DNA of 60,280 nt, the filler included, from Jimgerdemannia flammicorona (Eukaryota): the NCBI GenBank assembly GCA_003990765.1. It is 3 parts of 3 records of this genome, joined end to end, with 100 filler letters (N's around TTAATTAATTAA, not from the genome) between each part and the next. Parts side by side here need not be neighbours in the genome. Positions count along the whole stretch, not along the records: positions 40,264 to 60,280 come from RBNJ01001779.1; 2 more parts are not named here. One strand, 5' to 3'. A model generated the notes under the pieces. The model was given only the letters and a program-made list of their open reading frames with translations. It was not told the origin of the DNA and did not search any database. Shown piece after piece: positions 48,761-60,280 of this stretch. Both the position numbers and the translations under genes were made by a program. Within the stretch, counting starts at the first letter, position 1, and each line of letters begins with the position of its first letter.

Positions 48761-49073
48761 AATAATGATAGGTACAGGTGGTTTTGTGGTTTAGTTCAGA
48801 AATAGCTTGTCATCATTTTTATTGTATTGCTTGAGACATTGGATATTGAAGACTAGATGAATCTTAATAGTATCTAGTAGTACCAATTTGTAGGAGATTG
48901 GAGAGACTTGTGTGATAACTTCAAATGATCTAATAAATTTGCTGTTCAGCTTTATAGATGGTCTGTGCTTGAGATTATCAACTCAGTATCCTTGGATGTC
49001 CAGTAAAACTTTTTCTCTAATATTGAAAGTTTCTTCTTAGCAGTATTAATTAATATACTGTAACTGTTGTTCT

Positions 49074-50263
49074 GTAGTGCCTCTTTCTCCACTATCTTAC
49101 TGGTCACAATAGTTTGGTAGGCAATCTTCCAAGTCCACTTTCCATAATTATTACCCTCTTTACCTCAAGTTAGTTTATTGTACCTATTGCAGGACAGTGG
49201 GAAAGAGGCAATAGTAATGAGTTGTCCCTTTATCAGTGTCAGATTGGTGTCTTCTCTACTTTTTTACAGTTTCTGGTGCCTTTGGCTGTATCTAGAGTAC
49301 ATCTGTTTTGGTATAGCATCTTCTTCCTTTTGCTATTGCCAACAAGATATTGTCTTGGTGTATCTCAGGCTATATAGGAAGTCAGCTGACCTTGGACATT
49401 AAGTGCTCAGTATAGATTACCTGCAGGTTCTTGATACCTGTAGTGGGGCCCTCTGGCTTTGGTGAGCTTCCTAGTGAGCATGGTTCTGGCATAGGTGACT
49501 GCTTTTTGAGTATTGTCAGGATGGGAGGGGAGATGGCCATTACAGATAGGAGGAAGGGCGATAATAGTGAACCAGTAGAGTACCAGGCTGGGGGCAGTCA
49601 TTGGGGCTGGGGTAGGTGCTGCTTTGGTAGGGCCTTTTGATTGGTGCGGTACAGTTAGGTAGTAGGTATCACTCTTAGCTTCTTTTGGCAAGTTGGCAGG
49701 TTGGGCCCCGGTCATCAGTGGGAGTCAGAGGACCCAAGGCTACCCATTTCAGGCATCTTGGCTGTACTCAACTAGAACTGGGAGCTGATATAGCAATATG
49801 ATTGAGGCCTACAGGCTTGAGTAGTGGGGTATTGGGGGTCTTCTCCTATCTTATATATGTATAAGTTCTTTACTCACTTTGACTGAGAGAACCAGGTCCT
49901 ACCCACTGTGTTGTGCTTTGATGAGAGTTTTTCTTTGCCTGTCATTCTCTTTGGGATGGTAGGGGCTATTCTATTTGGTTCAGGTATGGCTTTATATATA
50001 TATTGGGTTCTTGGGCATATACTTTTGGTCATTAGCATATGGTTGGGTTTCTCCTGGTAGTAGAGAGAGTATGGTGCACAGAATAAGGTATGGACTGCCA
50101 TAGGCCCTGCTGCATCTGATATGGTTGAGCTGCTAGACAATAGCTAGTCTAGGTTAATGGGGGGACAGTGCTTGATGGGTGGTGAGAGAGAGTTTTGGCC
50201 TATATAGTCTAGATTCTCTTCTAATAAAAATCTATGGGACATTGAGTCTGTTAAAAAAAAAAA
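49074..50263 (+). mobile_element. Complete 1.19-kb non-autonomous poly(A) retroposon (copy 2)
   Basis: AATAAA at 50223-50228 and A11 at 50253-50263. 14-bp TSD GTRACTGTTGTTCT at 49060-49073 / 50264-50277. The integrase frame of E rejoins when it is removed. Confidence 0.9.
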
Positions 50264-53200
50264 GTGACTGTTGTTCTTAGGCTTGTGATAAGTTCTCAAT
50301 TGTAATCTGGCTTAAGTTACATATTCAGAGTAGGAATTCTTTAATGACTTTAATTGTAGAGGATTCATCAGTAGTTTGGATAAGTATCAGGGAGGTATTT
50401 GGGTTTTGTCCTATATTAGTAAAGAATGGGGTCATTCTAAGAGAGGTTTGCTTGCTATTGTTATAGGCAAACTCCACTGCAGTGAGATGTTTATGCCAAT
50501 TATCTTATTTATAGGAAATATAGTTCCTTAGCATTTATTCTAGAGTTTGGTTCATTCTTTCAGTTTGGCCATTAGTTTTGAAGTAAAAGACTATGGATAG
50601 TATAAGTTTCATTTCAAGGTATATATGAAGGGCTTTCTAAAAATAGCTGGTAAATTTCAGGTCTCAATTACTAATAATGATCTTAAGAAGATCATAATAG
50701 TGGAAGATATTGTCAAACAAGAGTGTGGCTATGTCTGGTGCTGTTGTAGTAGTAGTAGTTGATACAAAGTGGGCTTATTTGCTGAGATAGTTTATAAAGA
50801 CAATAATTGCATCTTTCTTATTCTTGGTTCAGGGTAGTTGTATAATAAAGTCTATAGCAATTAGTAGATAGTACTGAGATAGGGTGGAGTAGGTCAGGTT
50901 TTGCTAGTATTGAGAACTTGTTATATTGGTAGATATCACAGAAAGTAATATAAGTCTTTAGCTGATCTGCTATATAGGGCCAATAGAAGTTTCAGGAAAT
51001 AACTTCATAATATTTGTCAAATCCTAAATGTCTGACTATAGGAGTATCATGACATTTGAATAGGATAGTCCTTTGGAAGTCTCAGTTGTTTGGAATATAC
51101 AATCTGTCCTTATAGTAGATAGCATTGTCCTTTAGTTGGTATTGATGGTACTGAGTGTATTTGTCAGTATTGTCACTATTCAGGATTTCTCAGAGTGCTT
51201 GAGCTTTCTTATCATCAGCATATGCTATGATAATTTATTCTATAATAGAGTTTATAACCAAGGTGAGGGTTTGGATAACTTCTTTAATTAGTGATCTGAA
51301 GATTGCATCAGCAATAATATTTTCCTTGTCATTATAATACTGGATTTTATAGTTAAAGTTGGTGAGAACTTTTATCCATCTGACTTGCTTTCAGAAAAGA
51401 GTAGCCTGGGTCTTGATATTGACTAATGACTTGTGGTCAGTCAATATAGTGAAGTGTGCTCTTTCTAAGTATGGTTGCTATTTGATCAGAGTATCTATAA
51501 TGGCTAACATTTCCTTCTCATGAGTTATATAGTTGATTTTAGTATCATTGAACTTGCAAGAGTGTTAGGCCACAGGATGTTCTTCTTGCATAAGTACTGC
51601 TCCAAGAGCTAAGTCAGAGACATTAGTAGTAACTTTATATAATAGGGTAGAATTTGCTGCTTGAAGCACTGAAGTGGTTATCAAGATATCTTTCAGTACT
51701 TAAAAGACTGTATCTTGTTCAGGTCTTCAATTTACAAGATTGTTGAAGTCTTTCTCTTGTTTTATGGTCCAGGGTTGTTGTTCTTTCTTATTGTACTTAG
51801 TCATTTAAGTAAGAGCAGTAGCAATTTTAACAAAGTTGGCAACAAATCACCTGTAATAGTTTTCTAATCCTAGGAATGACTAGAGGTCTTTCAGCTTCTT
51901 GGGTCTAGGCCAATCCTTGATTGTGGAGATTTTGCTGGGGTCTACTTTGATTCTATTTAGCATGACAATGTATTCAAGGAATTGAATTTCTTTCAGGAGA
52001 AATTTGTATTTGCTAAGTTTTGCAAAGAGTCAGTTTTCTCAGAGTTTTAGTAGTACTAGTTCAAGGTGTTCAAGATGTTCCTCCAGGGTTTTGCTGAAGA
52101 CTAGAATGGCATCAATGTTGATAATAACAAATTTATCTAAATATAGATATAGGATAGTGTTCATTAGTATCTGGAAGGTTGCAGGAGTATTAGTTAAGCT
52201 AAAAGGTATAACCAGGAACTCGAAGTGTCTATAGTAAGTTCAGAAGGCTGTCTTATTGATGTCTTCTTCTTTTATGGCAATTTGCTAGTAGCTATTTCAC
52301 AGGTTAAAAGAGCTCATAAATTGTAAGTTGGTAAGCCTATCAAATATTTTATTAATTCTGAGTAGTAGGTAACAGTTCTTAATGATCTGTTTGTTAAGAT
52401 TATAGTAATCTATACATATTCTTAGGTCTTCTCCTTTCTTGACAACAAAGAGGACTAGTGCACTATAGGGTGATACACTGGGTCTAATAAATCCTTATTC
52501 TAGGAGTTTGTTAATTTCTTTCTTGAGTACATCGATTTCTCTCAGAGATATGTAGTAGATTGACTTGAAGGCTGGCTTAGCATCTGAAATAGTCTTGATG
52601 GTATAATCTACTGCTCATTTAGGTGGTAGGCCTTTCAGGAGTTTCTTTGGGAATATGTCTTAGAATTTCTAGAGTAGGGGTCTAATATGGCTATCAACTT
52701 TGGAAAAGTCTTCTTCAGAGTTCTCAGGTTCTTCTTTGGATAGATAGATGGGGATGGCAAAGAGAGGGCATTTCTTGGGCCAATTTCTTAAGTTGTAGCT
52801 TATTGATATAGGTGATCTTTGGTCCAGGATCACTGGAACTGAGTGGGTCCCTTTTGCCTTATAGTTTGAAGTTGTGGTATCCTTTCTTGATAGTTAGGAA
52901 ATAGTTTATCCAATCAATTATAGGGTTCTCTTGTTTCAATTATGAGGTCTCAAGGATAATTTCATTATCAAAAAGTGTTATAATCTAGAGATTAATATGT
53001 ACTTGATAGTTATTAATTCAGAAGGGTAGATTGTAGACTTTCTTGTTAATGATATGTGAGGTTTCATCAGTTATAGTAACTACTTGAGTCTATTATACTG
53101 GAGAGATGAAGACCTTGAGTCTGTTGGCTGTTTCTTTATTGATGAAGTTGCCTGAGACACTACTATCTATCATAATCTTGACAGGTGCTCAGTTGACAAA

Positions 53201-53786
53201 AGCTTGAAGTATAAGCAGTTTATCTGATCCAATAGTGGTAATTTTGGTTATAAGAGCCTTCTTTCTATTAGTTCTTCTTTGAGCTAGTTCATTGATACAA
53301 GAGAAGCAATCATTGATCATTTGGAAAGAGTATATTCTAATACCATAGAGATATCAGCCACTGGGTATATATCTGTTGTGAAATACTTGGAATGGAGGGA
53401 GCAAAAACAAACTGTTTATTGCTAATTCTTATGTGCTTTTACGCATAGCAATTAGTGATGTTTACATGATGACATAGTCAAGGAAGGCTGTGCCACTATA
53501 TATTGAGTTGTAACCTACATATTTCAATACTCTCACTCAATGAGATATGCAAATTCCCAAACTGCAATACTAAGCTATAACTACTGCAAATCTCGCTGCA
53601 ATGTTCAGACCACTATCTAGAAACCAAAAAACACCTGAATTATCTGCTTAAAGCTCGAAAAATAGGTTGAAAAGTAGAAATGTGAATATTCGTAGATAAG
53701 CAATGTTGGTAGAAATCACCAATATAGGAATCAATGTTAAAGAAGCTTGCTGTCGCTCTATTATCCTATCTCATCCCGAATTGTCC

Positions 53787-56700
53787 TTAATTACCAGCAT
53801 AGAGTCCTGTAATACCCATTCCTTGCACGCATAAGTTAAACTTTGCCTTTGGAAGGGCTTTAGTCAATGAATCTACCATCATATATTCTGTTGGGGTATA
53901 TTCAAGGTGTATAGTGCCGTTTTCCATGCATTCATGTATGAAATGATGCTGTATGTCAATGTGTTTCGTTCTGGTGTGATGTATAGGGTTCTTCGCCAAA
54001 GCAATCGTTGATTGGTTATCTTGCTGGAGTAGCATAGAGTGCCGTTGCTTGAATCCTAGCTCCTTTAACAGTTCTCGAAGCCAGATAGCCTCCTTTGTTA
54101 CCATTGACAATGCTTGATATTCCACTTGTGTAGAGGATATTGCCACTAAAGGTTGCTTATACATTTGCTATGAAATGGCTCCATTGTTTACTTTAAAGAT
54201 GTATCCAGTCATAGACCTTCTGTCATCTAAGTCACTGGCCCAATCGGCATCATAAGAACTAAGTAGGCATATAGTACTCCTGCTTTGCCTATTATCACCA
54301 CCCAAACTGAGCATATAGTCTACAGTTCCTTTGATGTACCTGAAAATTCGCTTGATTGCCATCCAATGTGAATTATTGTAGCATGACAAGTATTGCGCCA
54401 CTTTGTTGACTGCAAATGATATGTCAGGTCTCATTCTGAGCATAAGATATATGAGGGATCCTACAGCTTGTCGATAGGGGATGTTGTTATTTTCGAGTGT
54501 AGTTCTAGACTTCTTTAACCTCACAGATGTCTCTATCAGTGTTCCGACTGGCTTGTACTTGCTCATGCCAAATTGCTCGAGTATTGTCTAAATGTAGACT
54601 TCTTGGCTTAGGTGTATAGTATGTGTGCTCCTATCATGTACGATGGATATCCCCAAAAGGAAAGATGCATCACCCATATCTGTCATCTTGAACTTCTTGC
54701 GTAATACCATCTTTACTTCATTGATCTCACTTGTCATCCTGACCAGAATGATATTGTCAACCCAAATTTCCAGGTATACTGTTCCTGAGGATGTATGATG
54801 AGTATATATACATAGGTCTGCTTCACATCATTTGAACCCATTCTCTTCTATGAGATAATCATTGATCTTTCAATTCCACAGTCTCGCCACCTGTTTTATG
54901 CCATAGAGGCCTTTGCGTAATCTGCATACTAACTTCTTCTCATTGTCATAGAGTTCATATCCTTGTGGTTGAAGAATGTATAGTTCGGTATCCATGTCTC
55001 CATTTAGGAAGGCTATCTTAATGTCCATTTGATGTATCTCATAGTCATACTTGGCTCCAATTGTAAGAAGTATTCTAAGCGAAGTAAGCTTAAATACCAG
55101 GGAAAATATTTCATCGTAGTCAACTCCAAAGTCTTGTAAATACCCCTTTGCCACAAATCGGGCCTTGTATCATTCTATGCTGCCATTGCTATCATGTTTA
55201 ATTTTATACACCCATCAGGATCCTATGGCTTGTTGATTTGCTGGAAGAGGGACCAAGTCTCATGTGTCATTCTCGATGAGTGAGTTATACTCCTCATCCA
55301 TAGCCTTTTTCCACTCCTTTTTATCATTCGAATGAATGGCTTCATCATAGTGTGCTGGCTCATCAGTCATTGCTATGTAAGCACATTCACAGGCATAGTT
55401 CACATGATATTGTTTGCGACGAGATGACTTGGGTGGGTTCCAGTAATTTCCCAGATCCGCTTGGACTTCATTTTCCATCCCAGATTTGTACTTCTTCTTA
55501 TCCTTTGGAAAGGTATCCTCTTCGTCATCCTTGTCCATAATTTCTGTTATCCTTGGTTCTTGCAACTTCATTTCCATTTGAATGGGTTGTATTTTCACTA
55601 GCATAGGTCTCAAGGATGTCTTTGGCATAGTCTTCGATGTCATTCTAGGTGTAGATGTTGTTCTGCTAGCCTTTGCAGTTGGCGTAGATGTCGCTGGCTG
55701 TACCATCGAATTCACCATCAGATTTGAGATAGAAATTTCCATGTAAATTTCCTGCTTAGTCTCCTTGAACTGTACGTCACATGAAATGATCATACGTTGT
55801 TTCTGCGGGTTCCAAAGTTTGTATCCCGCTCTATCATATCCAAGGAATATATGCTTATCTGCCTTAGGTTCAAACTTGCCTCAGTTGCCACCTTTGTCCA
55901 GAATGTATGCCTCACTTCCAAATATGTGTAAGTGTGAAATGTCAGACTTGGATCCATTCCATAATTTCTCAGGGGTAAGATTGCTATTGTTCCTGGATTG
56001 CTTACCGGGATCCTTGCTTAGAGCTCGAGAGAAATAATGATTTCGAATATATGCTGCCATATTCACTGCTTCCGCCCAAAAGGACTTCGGTAAGCTGGCT
56101 GTATTTATCATCATTCTAGCCATTTCCACTACCATTCAATTGAATCATTCTACCATGCTGTTTTGCTGAGGTGTATAAGGGGCTGTCATAGAGTGCTGTA
56201 TACCATTCTTCTTCAAGAAGTGTCTGAAACCTTTGTTGATGTATTCTTTGCCATTATCTGAGTGTAGGGTTTGTATTCTATGTCTCATCTCATTCTCCAT
56301 AGCTGCCTTGAATTCCCAGAATTTGTCGAATGCCTTGTTTTTCCCTGCAATGAAATATATGTGGACTTTGCATGTATAATCATCAATGAATGTAATAAAA
56401 TACTTCTTCCCAGAGTGTGATGTCATTCGCATGGGGCCACAAATATCCGTATGAATCAAATCGAGAATGCTGGCTGCTCGCTTCATTCGTTCCTGAAAAG
56501 GTTGCCGGGAAGCCTTGTTTGCCATATATCCATCGCAAAAGAAATCCGGTGGCGTATAGTCTAGTAAACCATACATGGACTTACTCCTTATCATCCATTC
56601 CAGGCTTGTCTTGCCGAATGTCCTAAGTGTTCATGCCATATATGCCAGAGATCCTCTCCAGTCATAGTTGCAGAATATGCGAATGATGCGCCACTTGGCA

Positions 56701-58210
56701 TGCCATTGATTGTATATAGATTCCCCTTTTTTGATACATACATTAACTCCTTATTGTTCTTCAGATTGATTACCATTACACCATTTGGGCATATATTTAC
56801 TCCTCTGTCCCTGCGAGCCATCATCCGGCCTATTGAGAAGAGGTTCTTACCTATATCTGGAGTGTATAGTACATCCACAAAGGTGCCTGAAGGTTCATCA
56901 ACATTTCCATATAGATGTATACCTACGTTGCCTTTCCCTTGAGTGTAAATGATGTTATTGTCACCTAGCTTGATAGGTATGAGATGCTCGAACTTCTCAT
57001 ACATAGAGAACTACTCCCGGTGAGCCATCACATACTGTGTTGCACCCGAATCCATGAGCCAGACCTCTTCGCTGCATGCATAAGTACTGTTCAGCATATA
57101 GCTTACATTTGCGCTGGCACCGACATTGATGTCACCATTTTTCGCTGTCTGAAAAGTGTTTTGTTGACCAGGATTTGTAGATGTCGAACTGGTGGAATTG
57201 CATCTGCAACTGGTGGTTGGTTCCGAATTTCCTCCTATTTCAATGGTTTCTGCATATGGATAGGTCACCGCTTCTGTAAAGAATAGACCTCCGCCACTGC
57301 TGTTTTCATTATTGGTGTCCACCACATTTGCCTGCCATTGTCCTTGCTGTTGGCCACCCTTTTCCTTCTTCTTGTGGTTGCAGTCCTGCTCACGATGTCC
57401 ACACTTATTACAGTAAAAGTATTTACCATCGAATTTCTCACATTGCTGGCCTCGACCTTTGTTTGACTTGCCTTTGCCTTGTCCACATGCTCTGCTATAG
57501 AATGCTTTCTCATCATATTCCTCATTGGTGTTGTTGCTGCCTAGCCTTGTTTCCTCATTTAAAAGGCTTGTGACGACGTGCTTATAATCTGATAATCTGC
57601 CAGATTCCCTCATAGCAGTGACAACCATGTTGTATGCTTTGGGAAGGCCTCGTATAAGAGCCAGGACTTTATCTTCATCCTTGATGGTGTCCGCCAGCAT
57701 AGATATAAGGGAATTCACTTGATTCGCTAGCTTGTCGACTTGATTGACATAGTCCCAGATGCTCTCCTTGGACTTAATTCAAAGATTGAATAGTTGCACC
57801 TTTAAGTGGAATCTGTTTGATGTAGATGCCTATTGATGGTGATTGCATAAAATCTCCCAGACTTCATTCGCCATCATAGCGTTGATTATCAGCTTCATTT
57901 GCATGTTCGAAAAGGTGAACGTAATCTCCCTTAGTGCTTTGCAATCTTTTGCGACGTCATATGTCATTACTTGCACCTGTGGCTTCCAGTAGTCCTCCAA
58001 ACCACATTCTTCTAGGAGATTTTTCATATGGTATGCCCATATGGCATAGTCCTTACCATCAAAGACAGGAATTGTCCTCTTTACCATTGACGTTGGCACC
58101 ACTGCTAGAATGTTCGTCATCATGGAAGCGAAACCCATTCCAGCTGTGTTTGTGTTTGTATTACCAGAACTTGGTGGTGCACTGCTAGCACTGCTTGGAC
58201 TAGTAGCCAT
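53787..58210 (-). pseudogene. Copia gag-pol polyprotein
   Basis: FDGKDYAIW; CNKCGHREQDC; WLMDSGAT; LIHTDICGP; HQMDIKIAFLNG; GLYGIKQ; DADWASD; DNQSTI...RTKHIDI. Confidence 0.95.
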
Positions 58211-58260
58211 TGTATAGCATAGTGTAGCATATGTATAAGAGGGGTGTATAGCCGCTAAGC

Positions 58261-58273
58261 AGGGCTTATAACC
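58261..58273 (-). promoter_or_regulatory. Copia PBS of the half-tRNA-iMet type
   Basis: GGTTATAAGCCCT just inside the 5' LTR is one G>A away from GGTTATGAGCCC, the anticodon-arm PBS of Ty5/copia. Confidence 0.8.
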
Positions 58274-58483
58274 TTTTGTTATAGAATACTTGGAATAGAG
58301 GAAGCAAAAACAAACTGTTTATTGCTAATTCTTATACACTTTTATGTATCACAATTAGTGACATTTACATGATGACATAGTCAAGGAAGGCTGCACCACC
58401 ATATATTGAGTTGTAACCTACATATTTCAATAATATCTATCTTCAATTTTCTTATAGAATTGTTCTTCTTTGTTTATAATAGA

Positions 58484-58900
58484 TTAGGCTGAGGTCTTAT
58501 TTGATGAGCCAAATCCTTTAGATCCTTGGATGGTGGGCAGTAGTTCTGAGACTTCCTTGACTGTCAGAGTTGATTTTATTTTCTCAAATAGGATCTGTAT
58601 AATATAGAAACCAATAGAGATCTTGAATAGTATCCAACTGTGGTTTTGGATGAGGATAATAATTTTGTCTGTATAATCTTCATCAATGACTCTTCTTTTT
58701 ACTGAGAGTTCTTTCAATCCTAGACTATTGCAATAGCATATTCTTCTAACATATTCTTCAGGGATTTGGATACTGATTCCTATATAGACTTACTTGACTT
58801 CTTAGTTGGAAACTGTAGCTTCTTTGGTTGCATATGGGTCATATCTAGCTGCCTTTTGACTTTCTTTGGTTAGGGCCTTGGTAGTTTGCCTTAACTTGAC
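58484..58900 (-). pseudogene. dUTPase of element E (between gag and PR)
   Basis: KAARYDPYA (AAGYDL), VIDEDYTDKI and QGSKGFGSS motifs. Confidence 0.88.
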
Positions 58901-60120
58901 AAAGTCCAGTATTCTGATAGTCAGGTTATTGAGGTGGTACAGAGTAGTAACAGTTGCTTGTATTGCTGTTTGGGGTTTTTAGTTAGGGCAGGCATTGGCC
59001 ATATATTCTGTCTTTCAGTAATAGAAGCATGCTCTGCTTCTTCAAAGTTCATTTCTTTCTCCTTTGGTGGGTTTCTTAAAGGTACTCAGCTGGATGGATT
59101 CATGATTTCTAGGTGTCCATAAGATGGATATGGAGGGAGCTCAAGATACTTTATACTTGGGTTCTTTCTTGGTCCAAGTCTTTTCCTTATTATTGAATTG
59201 TCTTTGGGGCAGAATTAGTCCAGCTGTTAGGATTTGCTTGACCATTTACCAGGTACTATTGTTGGTGATCACAACTAACTAGATAGTCTTGTTCTCAGAT
59301 TTTTCTTATAAGTCATTCAGATAGTACATCAAATAAATAGTCTGCTCTTATACTATTTCATACTTCATCATTGGCAATATATCCTAGGCCAACAGTGTTT
59401 AGAAGTGACTCAAGTTTTGTACAGAAGGTTTTGAATTCCTCCTTACCATATATATCAAATTTGAGATTATGGAGTTTGACTCAAGATTCAGTGATCATGA
59501 TTTTACTATAGTATTGAGCAATTATGAGTTATTTGAGTCCAGGGACTACAGAATAGACTCTATATCCTGGAGTATTATTTGCTGTATTTTGGGCAACTAC
59601 TGCCAGTTGGATGTCCCATGTGAGGGGTTTTTTAGAAAGAATTTACCACCATTCTTTGGCAGGTCCTCAGAAGAATGTAATAACTCAATAGACATAGGCT
59701 ATAGTAATAGCAAAGAGTTGTTCCAGAGTGTGGTCTTGATTGTTTGTCAGAAGATAGTCAGTAACTTGCTCATTAGTCCATTGATTGGCTTCAAAGTTAG
59801 TATCAACTACACTAATAAAGCTTTGGACTTCTTGTATAGTACCATTGAAGGTAGGTAGGCTCAGATTTTTGATTGATCAGATCTGTTCAGCTAAGGTAGT
59901 AATGGTTGCTGCCATTATAGCTACCTGGGCTATAAGGTCTAGAATCTGTTGATTTGCCATATTGTTTACTAGAGGTAGTTAGACTACTGGTAGTAGTGTA
60001 ACTGGTACTACTTAAGGTACTGATACAGAGTATGAGGATGTTCTTTGAGTCTATGTAAGTTACCAGAGTAGTAGTTGTGGGTCTGGAGTAAGAGCTTAAT
60101 AGATAGCTATCTGTTGCTGT

Positions 60121-60280
60121 TGTCACGTAGTGGTTGCTGAGTCCTTCAAATATGCCAGATTCTCTTCAAGGTGTATCTCTTAGACTAACTCAAGTTGTTA
60201 TAAGCAAGTTCTTATTGGAGTGCCTTCCCAAGGTCTTATAGTCCTCAAACTTCTTATCTTTAACTGTCTTGTTATCTCTT
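60121..60280. repeat. Possible end of a further LTR insertion (TGTCACGTAG...)
   Basis: Abrupt TGT start resembling element A's TGTAACRTAG; no partner copy in the window. Confidence 0.35.

Larger units (their letters stand above)
53374..58432 (-). mobile_element. Complete Ty1/Copia retrotransposon with premature stops
   Basis: 156-bp LTRs at 53374-53529 and 58277-58432; 5-bp TSD ATATC (53369-53373 / 58433-58437); PPT TTGAGTGAGAG; gag-PR-IN-RT-RH order. Confidence 0.96.
45912..60120 (-). mobile_element. Decayed chromodomain-bearing Gypsy element E (gag-dUTPase-PR-RT-RH-IN-CHD-extra ORFs-LTR), host of the copia, retroposon and LINE insertions
   Basis: Zn knuckle CFYY*KTEYMANACP at ~59000, dUTPase 58484-58900, PR MIDSSVSGNFI at ~53165, RT 51900-52600, IN 48800-51100, chromodomain, and a TATA-bearing LTR-like end at ~45912-46700. 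Boundaries are approximate. Confidence 0.82.

Overview
This is a eukaryotic, probably fungal (inference: early-diverging, Mucoromycota/Glomeromycotina-like) transposon graveyard. It consists of three unrelated ~20-kb contigs (1-20034, 20135-40163, 40264-60280) joined by artificial N44-TTAATTAATTAA-N44 linkers. Nearly all of it is nested, C>T/G>A-decayed mobile DNA: five Ty3/Gypsy copies (four with a visible dUTPase, in two different domain orders, one also with a chromodomain), a complete Ty1/Copia, several L1/Tx1-like LINEs, a 6.5-kb hAT transposon with cargo, a related hAT MITE, and two copies of a 1.19-kb poly(A) retroposon. The only CpG-intact host-like island (~20.1-21.4 kb) holds an F-box ORF, next to a decayed LRR fragment and a decayed histone H4 copy. 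The most interesting signals are hidden by premature stops and mostly absent from the ORF track: (1) a homologous extra ORF between integrase and the 3' LTR in three different Gypsy families, (2) coding-like frames, one F-box-like, inside long LTRs, (3) unknown Cys-containing domains inside pol, (4) a TSD-flanked retroposon with an apparent antisense gene, and (5) a repeat/spacer array and cargo gene in the hAT element. All translations were done by eye and no database searches were run.
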